Shown: positions 1 through 10,968 of the stretch, in pieces | Position numbering within the stretch: the stretch's first letter is position 1 | Layout: each line of letters begins with the position of its first letter | Source: Emiliania huxleyi CCMP1516 | Lineage: Eukaryota | Assembly: GCF_000372725.1 (NCBI RefSeq) | Contig: NW_005202113.1 | Span: 310,001 to 374,000, forward strand | DNA: 64,000 nucleotides | Direction of reading: 5' to 3' | The notes under the pieces: generated by a model | Database searches by the model: none | What the model was told of the DNA's origin: nothing | Seen by the model: only the letters and a program-made list of their open reading frames with translations | Position numbers and translations under genes: made by a program

Positions 1-360
1 CACCTGGCTCTATTTCTGCAACCTTCGAATCGAAGCCTTCGTTCACAAATTAGCTTTTTCTCTCGAGCTTTCTCCACGACACTGGTGAGTTTCGCGATTT
101 ACCATTTTGCATTTCTGCCCCGAGAGCCTGTGCGGCTTTAAATTATGATTTATGCACGTTGGTATATGTAAAACTAAAGAGGTGGGCGCATGAAGAGGCG
201 CGGGAGCCGGGACGCAATAAAATGACGTACCACACATGGCCTGCCTGCTGCCTCGCTCGGCCTCGAGACAGACTCGACAGGTGTACACGGTAAACGGTAA
301 ACGGTACAGTACGGAGACATGCGCACGTACGAGACAAACCTACCCGCGCCCTATGATCAT

Positions 361-1206
361 CTACCACCACGAGCTCCAGGCCCCCGGGCCGGCGGCATCG
401 CTCACCGCCCCACCACGCCCTGGGCCGGCCGCCGACGGCCGAGGCGCCGCCTCGATCGCTGCCGCGACCGCCTTGACGTCGAGCGTGGCGTCGGGACCTG
501 CGGCGACCGCTCCGCCACCCTCCTCGGCCCCATCCCGCGCGCAGAAGCTAACCCGCTCGGCGAGGGCGGCGGGCAGGACCGGCCGGACCACCGACCAGAG
601 CATGCCAAAGGCGGCGGGCGCATCGAGGATGACGAGGGCTCCATACTCGCACGGGAAGGCGGCGGTGAGGAGGCGCGCGTAGTTGAGCTGCGTTAGGAGC
701 GCGCTCGGCATGACGAAGCTGCTCACGTCGGCCGCGGTCATGCCCGCCAAATCCTGCACGAGAGAGACGCCGTGCGAGGTGCCGCCCTCCTCGCGCAGCA
801 GCAGGTCCTTGAGCCACCAGACGTGCGCGCTCGCAACCTCGTCCAGCGTGTGCCCCGCGTCAAGCATGCGGCGCAGCGCGTCGAAGCCGAGCACGATCAC
901 CGGCCGCCCAGCTCCATCCCGCCGAGCAGCGAGCCGTGCGACGCCAAAGCGCAGGCGGTGGGCAGCCTCGGCGTCCGTGCACGGCCCCACGCCGGCGGCC
1001 GACCACGAGAGGTTGGACCGGACCAGCTGAACGCAGCCGTCGGCCGAGCCGGAGGCGTGCCACAGGAAGCACCGCAGCCAGCCGGGCTCCTGCCGAACGA
1101 GCCTCCGCATCGCCGCGGCGACGGCCTCATCCGCGTCCTGGTGAGTGGCGATGGAGAAAATAGCGGCGGTGAGGCTCGGGTCGGCGAGCGAGGATGCGGT
1201 GGACAT
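361..1206 (-). CDS. CRAL-TRIO (SEC14-like) lipid-binding protein
   Basis: 281-aa ORF with CRAL-TRIO-like segments DGAGRPVIVL, LVQDLAGM and AFPCEYGALVILDAPAAFGMLWSVVRPVLPAALAERVSF. Confidence 0.8.
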   Translation of the reverse strand: MSTASSLADPSLTAAIFSIATHQDADEAVAAAMRRLVRQEPGWLRCFLWHASGSADGCVQLVRSNLSWSAAGVGPCTDAEAAHRLRFGVARLAARRDGAGRPVIVLGFDALRRMLDAGHTLDEVASAHVWWLKDLLLREEGGTSHGVSLVQDLAGMTAADVSSFVMPSALLTQLNYARLLTAAFPCEYGALVILDAPAAFGMLWSVVRPVLPAALAERVSFCARDGAEEGGGAVAAGPDATLDVKAVAAAIEAAPRPSAAGPGRGGAVSDAAGPGAWSSWW

Positions 1207-1493
1207 TGTAATCCACAGCGGACCGCCGTATCTTATTTAATAAGTTGCGGGTCGAGGGTGGCGGCGTGCCTTGCAGGAGCGAGTGGTTCCGTGCGACTTA
1301 TACCAGGCCACGCACCCGGCAACAGTTCGACGCGACGTAGCGAAGTTGGAGACTGGGTGGGTGGGGCGCCGGATGGCGACATGGCGAGCATTCCGAGCAA
1401 GCTTGGGAGCTCAAAGGGAGGCAACCCGGCAGCCTTCGCTGGTCAGCATGCGGGACAGCTCATATCACAGATTACTTTCTTGCAACAAACACC

Positions 1494-1543
1494 CTAGCAA
1501 ACACCAAACAAATCTAACACTCACATCATTTGGGGCCTCGACA
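1494..1543 (+). repeat. Dispersed repeat (possible solo-LTR end), copies at 20431-20500 and inverted at ~56626-56675
   Basis: Shared tagcaa(t)accaaacaa(a/c)tctaac motif in all three copies; catttggggcct follows in the first two. Confidence 0.5.
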
Positions 1544-2042
1544 TACAACAAAAACAAAAGCTATGAAGGGTTACAGTCTGTCGGGCATTAAGAAAACGTA
1601 GCATTAAGAAACCCTACCAAGCGATTTCCGCGAAAATCTAAGAAACCACGGCGCGCCGCAGGCGCGCCGGCTGGCAAACGCCGCAGGCGCGCAGGCCTGC
1701 AGGCCCGCGCCAGTGCCGGGCTGCAGCCGCAGCCCAATACTACGCCTCCGCCCCCTCCGTCGCCTCCCCTTCCGCCTCGGCTGCCCCCGCCTCCACACCT
1801 CGCCCTCGACACACACTCACCCAAGTCCCTCCGTTGATACAGTCGGTTGGCGTCGACGACCACAAGGTGCCGCCCAGGGCGCTCCGGTGTGCATATGTAC
1901 CGTACCGTCTCGAGTCTTGCGACCGTGTACGCATATCACGCGCGCAACGTCTAGTGTACCATGTCGCATGCGTTTTTTGCAATACACGCGTAGAGACCCG
2001 AATGAGCAATGAAAGCTGACAGAGACATACATCTGTCTTCTG

Positions 2043-2931
2043 CTGAGGGAGGGTGTACGTGTAGAGGATGTAGAGTGCAGCTGCGCTGTAGAGATGTAGA
2101 GCTGTAGAGCGCTCTGGAGCGCTGTAGAGCTGTAGAGCTCTACATCCGCCGCGGGACGAACTGCGTGCGTTGTAGAGCGATGTAGAGGCGCTCTAACAAC
2201 GTGAAATCTCTACAACAAACTCTACATCATAAGCGGCGAACGAGGCACGGTCGCTCTCCGATATGAGGCGCGTTGCACTTGCCAGTGCTGCCCTGGCCTT
2301 CTGTGTGACCGCCCAATGGGTGGGAGGTGCCTCTGCTGCTGTGGCATGCCTCACGGCTGCGACTGGCCGGCGCCTCGGCGCGTCAGCTCGGCTCGGCGTA
2401 GCGATCGTGGCCAGCGCAACTCGCTTGGACTCAACGCTCAGCCAGGAGCTCCCGCACGCGCTGGCGCGAGTCATGGCGCATGCAACGCGTCTGAATGCTC
2501 GCCTCGCCTCGCGCAAATGCGACCGTCCTCGCAGCCGACAGTCCACCGCCTGCTAAAGAAGCACTGCGACGAATGCGGCACCGGCGACGCATGGCAGGCT
2601 GGTCATGACGCAGTTATAGGGTGTTGTTTGCCGTCAGAGTGACTCTCTGTGTGTCAGGGATAGTCAGGGCCGTCCATCAGAGCTCCAGTAAGCTCGGAGA
2701 CACCCCATTAGTGCGACTCGACCTCTTTGAGTCACTGCCTTCCCGGCGGGTTGGCTGTAGAGCCTCTACAACAAACTCTACAGCAAAATCGCGCTCTACA
2801 TCGCTCTACAACGCACCCGCCTCGTCACGCGGCGGATGTAGAGCTCTACAGCTCTACAGCGCTCCAGAGCGCTCTACATCTCTACAGCTCTACAGCGCTC
2901 TACACTCTACATCCTCTACACCCTCCCTCAG
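2043..2931. mobile_element. Non-autonomous TIR DNA transposon with 8-bp TSD (hAT-like)
   Basis: Termini ctgagggagggtgta / tacaccctccctcag, ~150-bp imperfect inverted arms rich in tgtagag/ctctaca, exact TSD gtcttctg at 2035-2042 and 2932-2939. Confidence 0.9.
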
Positions 2932-3017
2932 GTCTTCTGACTTCTCACATCGATGAGACCACGTGAGGTTCTCAGAGTGCGAGAGGAAACGATACAGTAA
3001 GTAGACAGTGCTCTGAG

Positions 3018-3397
3018 CTCGAACTTTACCGGTATGAGACCGGTATTTGGTGATATTTTGATTAATTTTGAAGTGGTATGGTATAGTGGTATGCGAAAGA
3101 GGAAAGTGGTATGCGGAGTGTTGATTAGTGTAGCGGCTGTGGGTGTGGTCCCAGGTGCCAGGAGGCGCGAAGCCATGCAAAAGTGCGGGTATTACCCGGG
3201 TATACCCAGGTTTTTGCAGGTATACCCGCAAAATACCCGGTATTTTGCCGATTTCGCCGATTTCGCCGCAAAAATGCACTCGGACTCGCTTTGTGGTTTC
3301 CGTTGTGGTTTCCGTGAGGCAGGTGGTATCCCACTTTTTGATTAGTGCAGGCCTAGGGTTTGATTAGCCAAAAACTCCCATACCGGTAAAGTTCGAG
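3018..3397. mobile_element. MITE-like element
   Basis: Perfect 19-bp TIR ctcgaactttaccggtatg / cataccggtaaagttcgag; AT-rich palindromic interior; no TSD seen. Confidence 0.7.
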
Positions 3398-4004
3398 ATA
3401 CGTGGCTGGGTTCACAGCGATTGTAGGAAAGTGTCGGGACCAAATCCCGGTCGCGGCCTTCCGACTCGCGTCTCCGCCTCACTGGCACTATTGTAGCCCT
3501 GGCCGGTGCGCGTGCGGAGTTGAAGTTCCGGAGTGAAAATTCGAACGCGTTCTCTCACGGTGACCAAAAGATGTCCACCTCAGAGGCACCTCCGGAGGCA
3601 GGCCGCCGCACGCCGGCGACACAGCTCCAGCTGTCGAACTGACCCGCAGCTCCTCTCAGAGCGGGAACTGTGACGAACGTTGACTGAGGCGGTTGTCAGG
3701 AATCATCATACGGATCACATGGTGGCTCTCTCGTGACGGGAGACCGCCCGACCACTCCTGGGTGGCACTGCCACCGGTGTCGCTCGACGTCCTGTCGACA
3801 GCGTGCCGACAGCGACACAGACCATGTGGTACGCGTCGAGTATCGACCTCTACTGCTTACCCAGCCTTCGAGTGTATCCTGGCTGTGGTCCCACACCCAC
3901 TGGTGTCCATCTCAGAGACCGCAGGAGGTCATGAGGGTCGATGGGAGTGCCAACCCCACAATGCCTAAAAACCCAGCCCAGTAAGTCTTACTGCGTGTGT
4001 CTGC

Positions 4005-5276
4005 TAGTGGGGGAAATGGTGATTTTTAAATGAACGCCTCGCGCAAAACCACCGCTACCATGCTCCAGAAGACCCTTGTGGGCTATCATAAACACCCAAG
4101 ATCACGCACTAACTCGAAAGTGGGCCCGAGATATGCCCGTCAACCCACGGATTTTTTCTGCCCGCGCGGGAGCCTAGGCCCGGCGGCGCACCAGCGGTCG
4201 TGGACGCGCTGCCGAGCTTCGCGGTAAAGGTACGCGCTTCCGAGCTCCGCGGAGATAGAGCCCATGCCCCACGCTCTGCGCCAAAGAAACTTGACCTCGC
4301 TGAACGGTCGGCACTCGTCCGGGCCGCGGCAGTAGGAATCGTCGACGCAATTGATGTCAAGCGCCCAGGGCCATCGTGGGGCGCCTGAGCTGCAGACGCA
4401 CCGCCGCACCACGGGATCGGGCGTCGGCAGCTCCGGGAAGGCCGCCTTGAGCTGGTGGATCGCGCGCCTATAGCTGGCTCTAGCCGCCAGCCCCCTCGCC
4501 TCGGCCTCTTCTGCCTCCGTCAGGTCGTCGTACTCCTCGGAGAGATCGGGAACTACCCAGTCGCCTAATCTTCCTCGGCCGACAATCGTCCCATCTCTCA
4601 CGCACTCCTCGAAATCGCGGGCCGCCACCACGGCTTCCGCCGCGAGCGTGGAGCCGAAGATGCCCTCGGGCCGCGTGTCGCCGACCATCAAGCAGTAGTC
4701 GTCCACCTCCCGCGCGACGATCACCATCTCCTCCTTCGCCTCGCTCTCGAAGACTTCGGAGTCGTCATCGATAAGCTGATGCAGCCAACAGCGACCGCCC
4801 TGCTGGAGCAACCGCCGCGCCACCGCCGCCTCGTGCTCTGCCGTCATGAGCAGGAGGCGGTTCGCCGTCTGATCGGGCGCTGCCGGCTCGACCTCCATTT
4901 CCGACTCGTTGTGGGGCTCGGCGGGCGGCTCCGGCGCCTCGGTGGCGACCTCGGGCTCGACGGAGGCAGCGGCCACCTCGGAGGCCTTGCGTCGCTTGCG
5001 CCTCTCCGCTTTCGCGGTCAGCGGCATCGTGCAGCGGTCGTGCAGCGGTCGTGCCCCTTTCCTGAGGGCGGAGGTGGCGGCAGCCATCAGGACTGCGCCG
5101 AGGCACCCTCGGCACCATCGGAGGAGGGTGCATCGCGTGCCAGCGGAGGCGGGAGGGTGATGGCTGTGAGCTGAGAGGGACACAAAGAGGCCAAAACCGA
5201 ACAGAATGGCGGCCACCTGCCTGACTCAGCCTCGGCCGAGAAAATTTATTCCCAGACTGAGCCATTTCCCCCACTA
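4005..5276. mobile_element. TIR transposon with 7-bp TSD carrying a cargo ORF
   Basis: Perfect 15-bp TIR tagtgggggaaatgg / ccatttcccccacta; tgtctgc duplicated at 3998-4004 and 5277-5283. Confidence 0.85.
4140..5216 (-). CDS. Hypothetical protein inside TIR element (start uncertain, probable MPLTAKAE start near 5027)
   Basis: 358-aa ORF with basic NLS-like ERRKRRK, acidic central region and Cys-containing C-terminus; no DDE transposase motif recognised. Confidence 0.5.
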   Translation of the reverse strand: MAAILFGFGLFVSLSAHSHHPPASAGTRCTLLRWCRGCLGAVLMAAATSALRKGARPLHDRCTMPLTAKAERRKRRKASEVAAASVEPEVATEAPEPPAEPHNESEMEVEPAAPDQTANRLLLMTAEHEAAVARRLLQQGGRCWLHQLIDDDSEVFESEAKEEMVIVAREVDDYCLMVGDTRPEGIFGSTLAAEAVVAARDFEECVRDGTIVGRGRLGDWVVPDLSEEYDDLTEAEEAEARGLAARASYRRAIHQLKAAFPELPTPDPVVRRCVCSSGAPRWPWALDINCVDDSYCRGPDECRPFSEVKFLWRRAWGMGSISAELGSAYLYREARQRVHDRWCAAGPRLPRGQKKSVG

Positions 5277-5497
5277 TGTCTGCAAATAGGATATACGAGA
5301 TTTAAGTGTCGTTCTCTCGTTCGCGTCTTATTCTGTATTCTAAAAGTAAAAACGAGCCGTGGACGTTTGCCATAGCGCGAGTTTTTCTTCACAGCTGTAT
5401 ACACCGTCTCCACAGCTGGGCATCGGGCTCACACACGACCTCGCGACGATGACTGTGCCACGCACACGGATCACGGTAGCGGGCTACGTCTAGCGAG

Positions 5498-6991
5498 CTA
5501 CGTCACACTCACACGGCGGTGCTTCGCGGCCGCGCTGGCCCTCCCTTCGTCCGGCGAGGCCCGCTTCGCCGCCTCCGCGTGCTGCTCGCCTCGCACAAAG
5601 GAGCAGTCGGCCACCTCCGCGGCCGTCCAGCGCCGCTCCGGGTCGTAGCGCAGGAGGCTGGTCGCCAGCTCCGTGACGGAGGCTCCTCGCACGGGCGCGT
5701 GCGCGAGCCGCTCCGCGAGCGGGCAGGCGGAGACCGCTGGTGCGGGAGGCAGGCCGGCGAGCGCATCGCGGACCCACTCGGCGTCGTGCGCGGTCTGCGT
5801 CAGGCTTGGCCAGCCGGGCGGCGGCCTGCCGACCGCCTCGCCAATGGCGCGCAGCTGGGCGGCGAGGCTCGGCGCCCCGCCGCCCGGCTCGCGCGGAGCG
5901 GCAAAGGCGGGCGCGCGGGTGGCCATCTCGACGACCACGCAGCCGAGCGCCCACTGGTCGATCGGAGGGCCGTGCTGCGGCGCCGCGGCGGCGAGCAGTT
6001 CCGGCGCGCGGTAGGCCAGCTTGACCACCTCGCCGTCGCGCGAGAGCGGCGCGGGCGGGTTGAGGAAGGGGCGCGCCATCCCAAAGTCGGCGAGCCGCGC
6101 GGCGCGGAGGTCGGCCGAGAGGAGGATGTTGTTGGGAGAGACGTCGCGGTGCACAAACCACTCTCGGTGCATGCAGCCGAGCGCCTCTGCGACCGCCCCG
6201 GTGACGCGGGCGACGGCGAGGGCCGTCAGCTCGGCCGGGCGGTCGGCGAGCGCCGCCTCGAGGGTCGTGTCGACGTACGCGAGTCCGATCTCGACCTTGC
6301 CCCCCGCCATCCACGCGCCGAGCTGCTGCGCGAGGCAGGGCGAGCAGCGGGTGCGCAGCCGGCGGTGCGCGAGCAGCTCGCGGTAGGCGGCGAGCGGGAC
6401 CCCCGAAGAGCGGCCGAGCTGCTTGCACACCTTGATGGCGATCTCAGAGCCGTCCTCGCGCCACGCGCGGTAGACAGTGCCGTAGGTGCCCTCCCCGACC
6501 CTCACACGCGACTCGCCGCCGAGAGGCGTGCACGCCGGCGGCGCCGGGGCGGCGGGAGGCTCGCACGCCGACGGCGGTGCGGCGGGCGGAGGGTCGCCGG
6601 CTGGCATGGGCGCCACCTCCCTGAGCTCCTCCCCCACCGCGCGGAGCTTGTCGCAGCAGCCCGTCGCCGGGTTCTCCTCGGTGGCGTGCTTGTTGGGCAC
6701 CTGCCCCTCGGCTAGCTGGGCGAGAGCCGCGCGACGGGACGACGGGACCGAGTCTGGCGCCTCGCCCTCGGACGCCCCGCTCACAGCCGCCTCTGCCGTC
6801 TCCGCTGGCGGCAGCACGTGCGACGAGGCAGTGACGGAGGCTGAGCGATGCCGCGTCTCCGAAGCGGTCGTGGGGGCAGGGGAGGTCTTCTCGCGATGCC
6901 ACCGCGCGAGTGCCACCGGATTCGGCGCCGGGCCGGCCTCAAAGCGCACGACCGGACGCGCGCCGCGCTTGGAGGAGCGAGCCGGAGCCAT
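5498..6991 (-). CDS. CDK-like Ser/Thr protein kinase
   Basis: GEGTYG glycine loop, IAIK, PLAAYRE (PSTAIRE-like), HRDVSPNN, DFG, YRAPE, DQWALGC. Confidence 0.9.
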   Translation of the reverse strand: MAPARSSKRGARPVVRFEAGPAPNPVALARWHREKTSPAPTTASETRHRSASVTASSHVLPPAETAEAAVSGASEGEAPDSVPSSRRAALAQLAEGQVPNKHATEENPATGCCDKLRAVGEELREVAPMPAGDPPPAAPPSACEPPAAPAPPACTPLGGESRVRVGEGTYGTVYRAWREDGSEIAIKVCKQLGRSSGVPLAAYRELLAHRRLRTRCSPCLAQQLGAWMAGGKVEIGLAYVDTTLEAALADRPAELTALAVARVTGAVAEALGCMHREWFVHRDVSPNNILLSADLRAARLADFGMARPFLNPPAPLSRDGEVVKLAYRAPELLAAAAPQHGPPIDQWALGCVVVEMATRAPAFAAPREPGGGAPSLAAQLRAIGEAVGRPPPGWPSLTQTAHDAEWVRDALAGLPPAPAVSACPLAERLAHAPVRGASVTELATSLLRYDPERRWTAAEVADCSFVRGEQHAEAAKRASPDEGRASAAAKHRRVSVT

Positions 6992-7295
6992 GGACGAGTC
7001 CTACTCGACCGGACGCGCGCCGCGCTTGGAGGCGGAGTCCAACGACGGAGCGCGAAAGAGCGCGAAATCCGTTTTTTTCTTCTGCACATGATGCTGGTGC
7101 AAGGACGGAAAGTGTTTTCCCGGATTTCCTCTAGAAATTTCAAGAAATTCTAAAAAAGAAATTTTCGGGGATTCAGGATGGCATTCCGCTTCCGCTGGCC
7201 CGGCCGCCTTGTCAGTGTGCCTGTGGTAGTGAGAGAGTGCGAGGCAAGTGGGTGGTCTGATGCTTGTAGGGCTTGAGAGTGGCAGTCGTGTAGGC

Positions 7296-8915
7296 ATGCG
7301 CGATCCATTGCTCGGCTCGCCAGACGAGAGCAGCCCTCGCAGCTTCGTTGCGCTCTCGTTTGTCGTGGCAGCCTTGGCCGCTCTTAGCATCGCAAGCATT
7401 GTGATGGGCGAGACGGTGACGGAGCGGCTAGCGCAGACCGCCAAAAACCAGATGGCCGGCGCCACGGAAATGACTTCACAGACGGCCAGTGCCAAGACGG
7501 CCGGCGCGGAGAGTCGAGACGGCTTCTGGTACGGCGTGAGCCTCGGCGGCTGGCTCGTCATCGAGATCAACCCCGCGAGGCGAAGCAGCGTCTCCTCCCC
7601 CGACGTGCGGCCGCAGTGGATGTTCGACGAGGTCGAGGCCGCGTCTGAGCTCGACTTCGTCACGACGCTGCGCTCTTCCCGCGGCGACGCGTACGCTGTT
7701 CGCACGATGCGCAACCACTGGAGCAACTACATTTCGGACGACATGCTCGACGCTGCAGCGGCGCTCGGCGTCGACGCCGTGCGGATTCCCGTCGGCTACT
7801 GGATTGTGGACGCGCCGGTCAACAGCAGGTCCGGCTCCGCCCTCGAGTACGGCTTCTCCCCCGAGGGATTCGTCACCGGCGGGCTCAACTACCTCGGCCG
7901 CATGCTCGCCCGGCTGCGGGCGCGCTCGATGGTGGCGCTGATCGACGTGCACGCGCTGCCGTGCAACAGCGGCTGCGTGAGCGACGGCATCGATTGCGCA
8001 AACCCGCTCGCCTTCTCGGCCGACGCGCTCGTCGGCGACATTCCCCGTTGCACGGGCGCGTGTGAGCTGACCGGTGGCGAGCGGGTGTGCGACGGCCAGG
8101 TGTACCACACGCGACGCGGCGGCGGCGGCGGCAGCCGGCGGTGGGTGGACGTCGGCCTGCGGAGCATCGCCTCCCTCGCCGAGTGGGTGGCGGCGCTTCC
8201 CGCGGCGGACGCGGCGGCGGTGGCGGGGCTGCAGCTCGCCAACGAGCCCGCGCTAAACTCGGACGGGCACGACGACGCCGTCAAGGCCTACTACCGCGCC
8301 GCGGTGACGGCGGCCCGCGCGCACCTTCCGTCGCTGCCGCTCTATCTCTCGTTCATTCCGCCCAACGACGAGGCCGTGCCGGCCTTCGTGGCGGGGCTGG
8401 TGGCGGCCGGCGCGGGGAGGCTCGTCATCGACCAACACTGGTACCTGAACTGGGTGAGCCCGCCCGGCTCCCCGCTCGGGTGGGAGGAGATGCACCGGCG
8501 GGCGTGCAGCGAGGCGGCGCAGACGTGGCGCCCCTACGTCGCCGCCGGGCTGCCTCTCATCCTCGGCGAGTGGAGCCTCGCGACGAACCACGACGAGCAC
8601 GTGGACATCGCCGACGCGGCGGCCAGGGCGCAGCTGCGGCGCCTCTTCCTCGCGCAGCTCGCCGCCTTCTCCGCCGACGCGGGCGTGCTCGGCGCCTTCT
8701 TCTGGACTCTGCGCATGGGCTCGGGGTGGGACCCGCGCCCCACCGACGCGGCGCCCGACGGCAGCCAGCGCGAGGGCAGCAGCGCGTGGCGCAGCCGCGA
8801 CGGCTACCCCTACCGCGTCTGGTCGCTCCTCGAGATGGCCGAGCAGGGCGTCGTGCCGCGACGCGAGGAGGCGATGGCGGCCGCCCGGACAGTGTGCCGT
8901 GGGGCGGGCGAGTGA
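7296..8915 (+). CDS. GH5 glycoside hydrolase (exo-1,3-beta-glucanase-like), N-terminal membrane anchor
   Basis: GVSLGGWLVIE, VRIPVGYW, LIDVH, NEP acid/base motif, DQHWY, GEWS nucleophile motif, FFWT. Confidence 0.9.
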   Translation: MRDPLLGSPDESSPRSFVALSFVVAALAALSIASIVMGETVTERLAQTAKNQMAGATEMTSQTASAKTAGAESRDGFWYGVSLGGWLVIEINPARRSSVSSPDVRPQWMFDEVEAASELDFVTTLRSSRGDAYAVRTMRNHWSNYISDDMLDAAAALGVDAVRIPVGYWIVDAPVNSRSGSALEYGFSPEGFVTGGLNYLGRMLARLRARSMVALIDVHALPCNSGCVSDGIDCANPLAFSADALVGDIPRCTGACELTGGERVCDGQVYHTRRGGGGGSRRWVDVGLRSIASLAEWVAALPAADAAAVAGLQLANEPALNSDGHDDAVKAYYRAAVTAARAHLPSLPLYLSFIPPNDEAVPAFVAGLVAAGAGRLVIDQHWYLNWVSPPGSPLGWEEMHRRACSEAAQTWRPYVAAGLPLILGEWSLATNHDEHVDIADAAARAQLRRLFLAQLAAFSADAGVLGAFFWTLRMGSGWDPRPTDAAPDGSQREGSSAWRSRDGYPYRVWSLLEMAEQGVVPRREEAMAAARTVCRGAGE

Positions 8916-9603
8916 GGGTGGCAGACTGGCAGTACCGCGTGCGCCTGATGCGTGGCGGCCAAGAAATAGACCGGTGTCCTTACCTAACCAATTGGCATCC
9001 TACCAACCATCTTGCACACTCGAGACCGTAGAAAGCTCTACGTCTAGGGGGAGAGTCCGATGCACAGGCTTCTGTGTTTCAGAGTTTGTGTGTGTGGCTT
9101 TTCTGTGCCGCGACGCGCGAGGACGACGCATGACGGCTTCTGGGTTCATCTGTGAGAGTCGTGATTTCTCTCGGTCGGGACTCGGCTTCTGAGAAAAGCC
9201 GGCCGCGCCTTGCTTGTCGTGAGCGAGAGACTCGAAAATTCTTATTCGAGGCACGAGGGAGTTTGTCGGACAGGCGAGTTCCAGGGAGGCCGTCAAAAAA
9301 ATCGGCGCTCGTTCCTAACACGGCACGACGGCACCGGGCACGGGACTGACGGCGACGTGGCACTTGTGAGCTCACTCAGGGCGATCGACGGCGACGGCGG
9401 CGGCGAGCAATTGTGAGCTCCGCGCTGCTTGTGAGTGCACGGACACGCGGCGCCCCGCGCATTCACCAGGGCCGGATTATTGTTGGTAAGTCAGGGTGTC
9501 AAGCAATTAGGGCCACGCCAGGACCAGAAACCGGCGTGAATCACGCCTCGCTGGAGACGTTTTACCCCTCCTCAGACACGGCAGAACCAGACACCAACCA
9601 GCC

Positions 9604-10554
9604 ATGGGCGACGTCGCGAACCTCTCGACGGCATTGCTTGAACAGATCTACGGGTCCCATGAGGCAATGCACGCGTTCGGGCGGCTTGTGGTCTCGCGAG
9701 CAATGGGAAAGGCGGGGTCTGGCGTGACGACGATAACGTTGACTGATGCCTCATATGCGCGCGCGTTCCTCAACTTTGTGCACGTCACCACGAACGTCTC
9801 GGCGACAACCCCCGCAGTCCTTGCGCTCGACGCTGAGACCAAGTGCGCCATGGATCACCTCGGCGTCGCTGTGGTGCGCGTCTGGCGGCCTGCAGGGTGG
9901 GATCGCGACCGCTGGTTTCTGGTCCTGAAGACGCATCCAATCATGATGGCACTCGAGCGCGGCGTGCGCGTGATCTTCTCCGAGATGGACTGCTTCTGGC
10001 TCCGCGACCCGCTGGACTGGTTGCAAATTCGTGTTGTCAACGAGCCCAAATGCAATGGGTGCAGGGAACCGGCCGACATGCTCGTGGAGCAGCATAGCTT
10101 CGAGCGCTTGGGAGAACCGAACTACGGCTTCTTCATCGTCAACTCGACGATCGAGACCATTCGATGGTGTCGAGGCCTGTTATCATGGGCGTTGTCTGAG
10201 CACTTTGAAAGCAAAATGGACCAAAAGGTGTGGTACTTTGCGCTTGCCGGCGTCAATAACAAGACGGAGGGCGCCGCGTACAGGGCGGGTGGCATCGCTG
10301 AGAGCGCACTGCAGCACCGACTGCGGTTCAACCACATCCCGTATGAGGCCCTTCCCCATTTTGGGCGCTTCAATGGCGGTCCCAAGATTCGCACTGCCGA
10401 CATTCATTTCGTTCGGAGCCACGCACCGTTCGCGATTCATATGTGGGGCGATGCAGGACAGCAACGCATCGGAAAGGCAGCGCAGATGGGATCGCTCTTC
10501 ATCGACGACGTGAGTACTGCCGGCGGGTGCAACCATACCTCGAACTACACCTGA
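9604..10554 (+). CDS. Nucleotide-diphospho-sugar transferase (GT77/PF03407-like)
   Basis: LALD, KT..I..AL..G..VIFSEMDCFWLRDP (DxD-like), NYGFFIVNST, DQKVW. Confidence 0.8.
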   Translation: MGDVANLSTALLEQIYGSHEAMHAFGRLVVSRAMGKAGSGVTTITLTDASYARAFLNFVHVTTNVSATTPAVLALDAETKCAMDHLGVAVVRVWRPAGWDRDRWFLVLKTHPIMMALERGVRVIFSEMDCFWLRDPLDWLQIRVVNEPKCNGCREPADMLVEQHSFERLGEPNYGFFIVNSTIETIRWCRGLLSWALSEHFESKMDQKVWYFALAGVNNKTEGAAYRAGGIAESALQHRLRFNHIPYEALPHFGRFNGGPKIRTADIHFVRSHAPFAIHMWGDAGQQRIGKAAQMGSLFIDDVSTAGGCNHTSNYT

Positions 10555-10968
10555 CGCCATCACCCAGCACCCACCGCGCAGCAACGAGGAGGCGAGCTCG
10601 ACCGCGCAACGCATCGCGCGTTGGACGGGAGGAGACGGCGAGGGTGGACCGGAGGGCGAAACGATCTGCTGGGAGGCCCCGGAGCGCCCTCCTAAGCGAG
10701 GAGCCACGCGCCGCGAAGAAGTCGCCATGCACAAGCCCAATCGCCATGCTTGCAGAGAGTTGCGGCGGATGCCCAACCACCGATGTGTCACGGCATGTCA
10801 ATGCAGATCCTCAGCCAGCACGCCATACTAGTGCATGCTTGGTGCATGGCGAGTCCTCTGTCGGCGTGCATCGGGTCGGTGCGTCAGTTTGTCTCCGCCG
10901 CATGTGCTCAGAGTGCGAGGATGCCGCCGAGGATGATCGCGGGCATGAGGATGTACTCGGGCAAGTAG

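Noticed and set aside
5490..6715. Long antisense or alternate-frame ORFs over GC-rich genes (here and throughout the window)
   Set aside because: Expected shadow ORFs from high GC3; Arg/Ala/Pro-rich with no motifs
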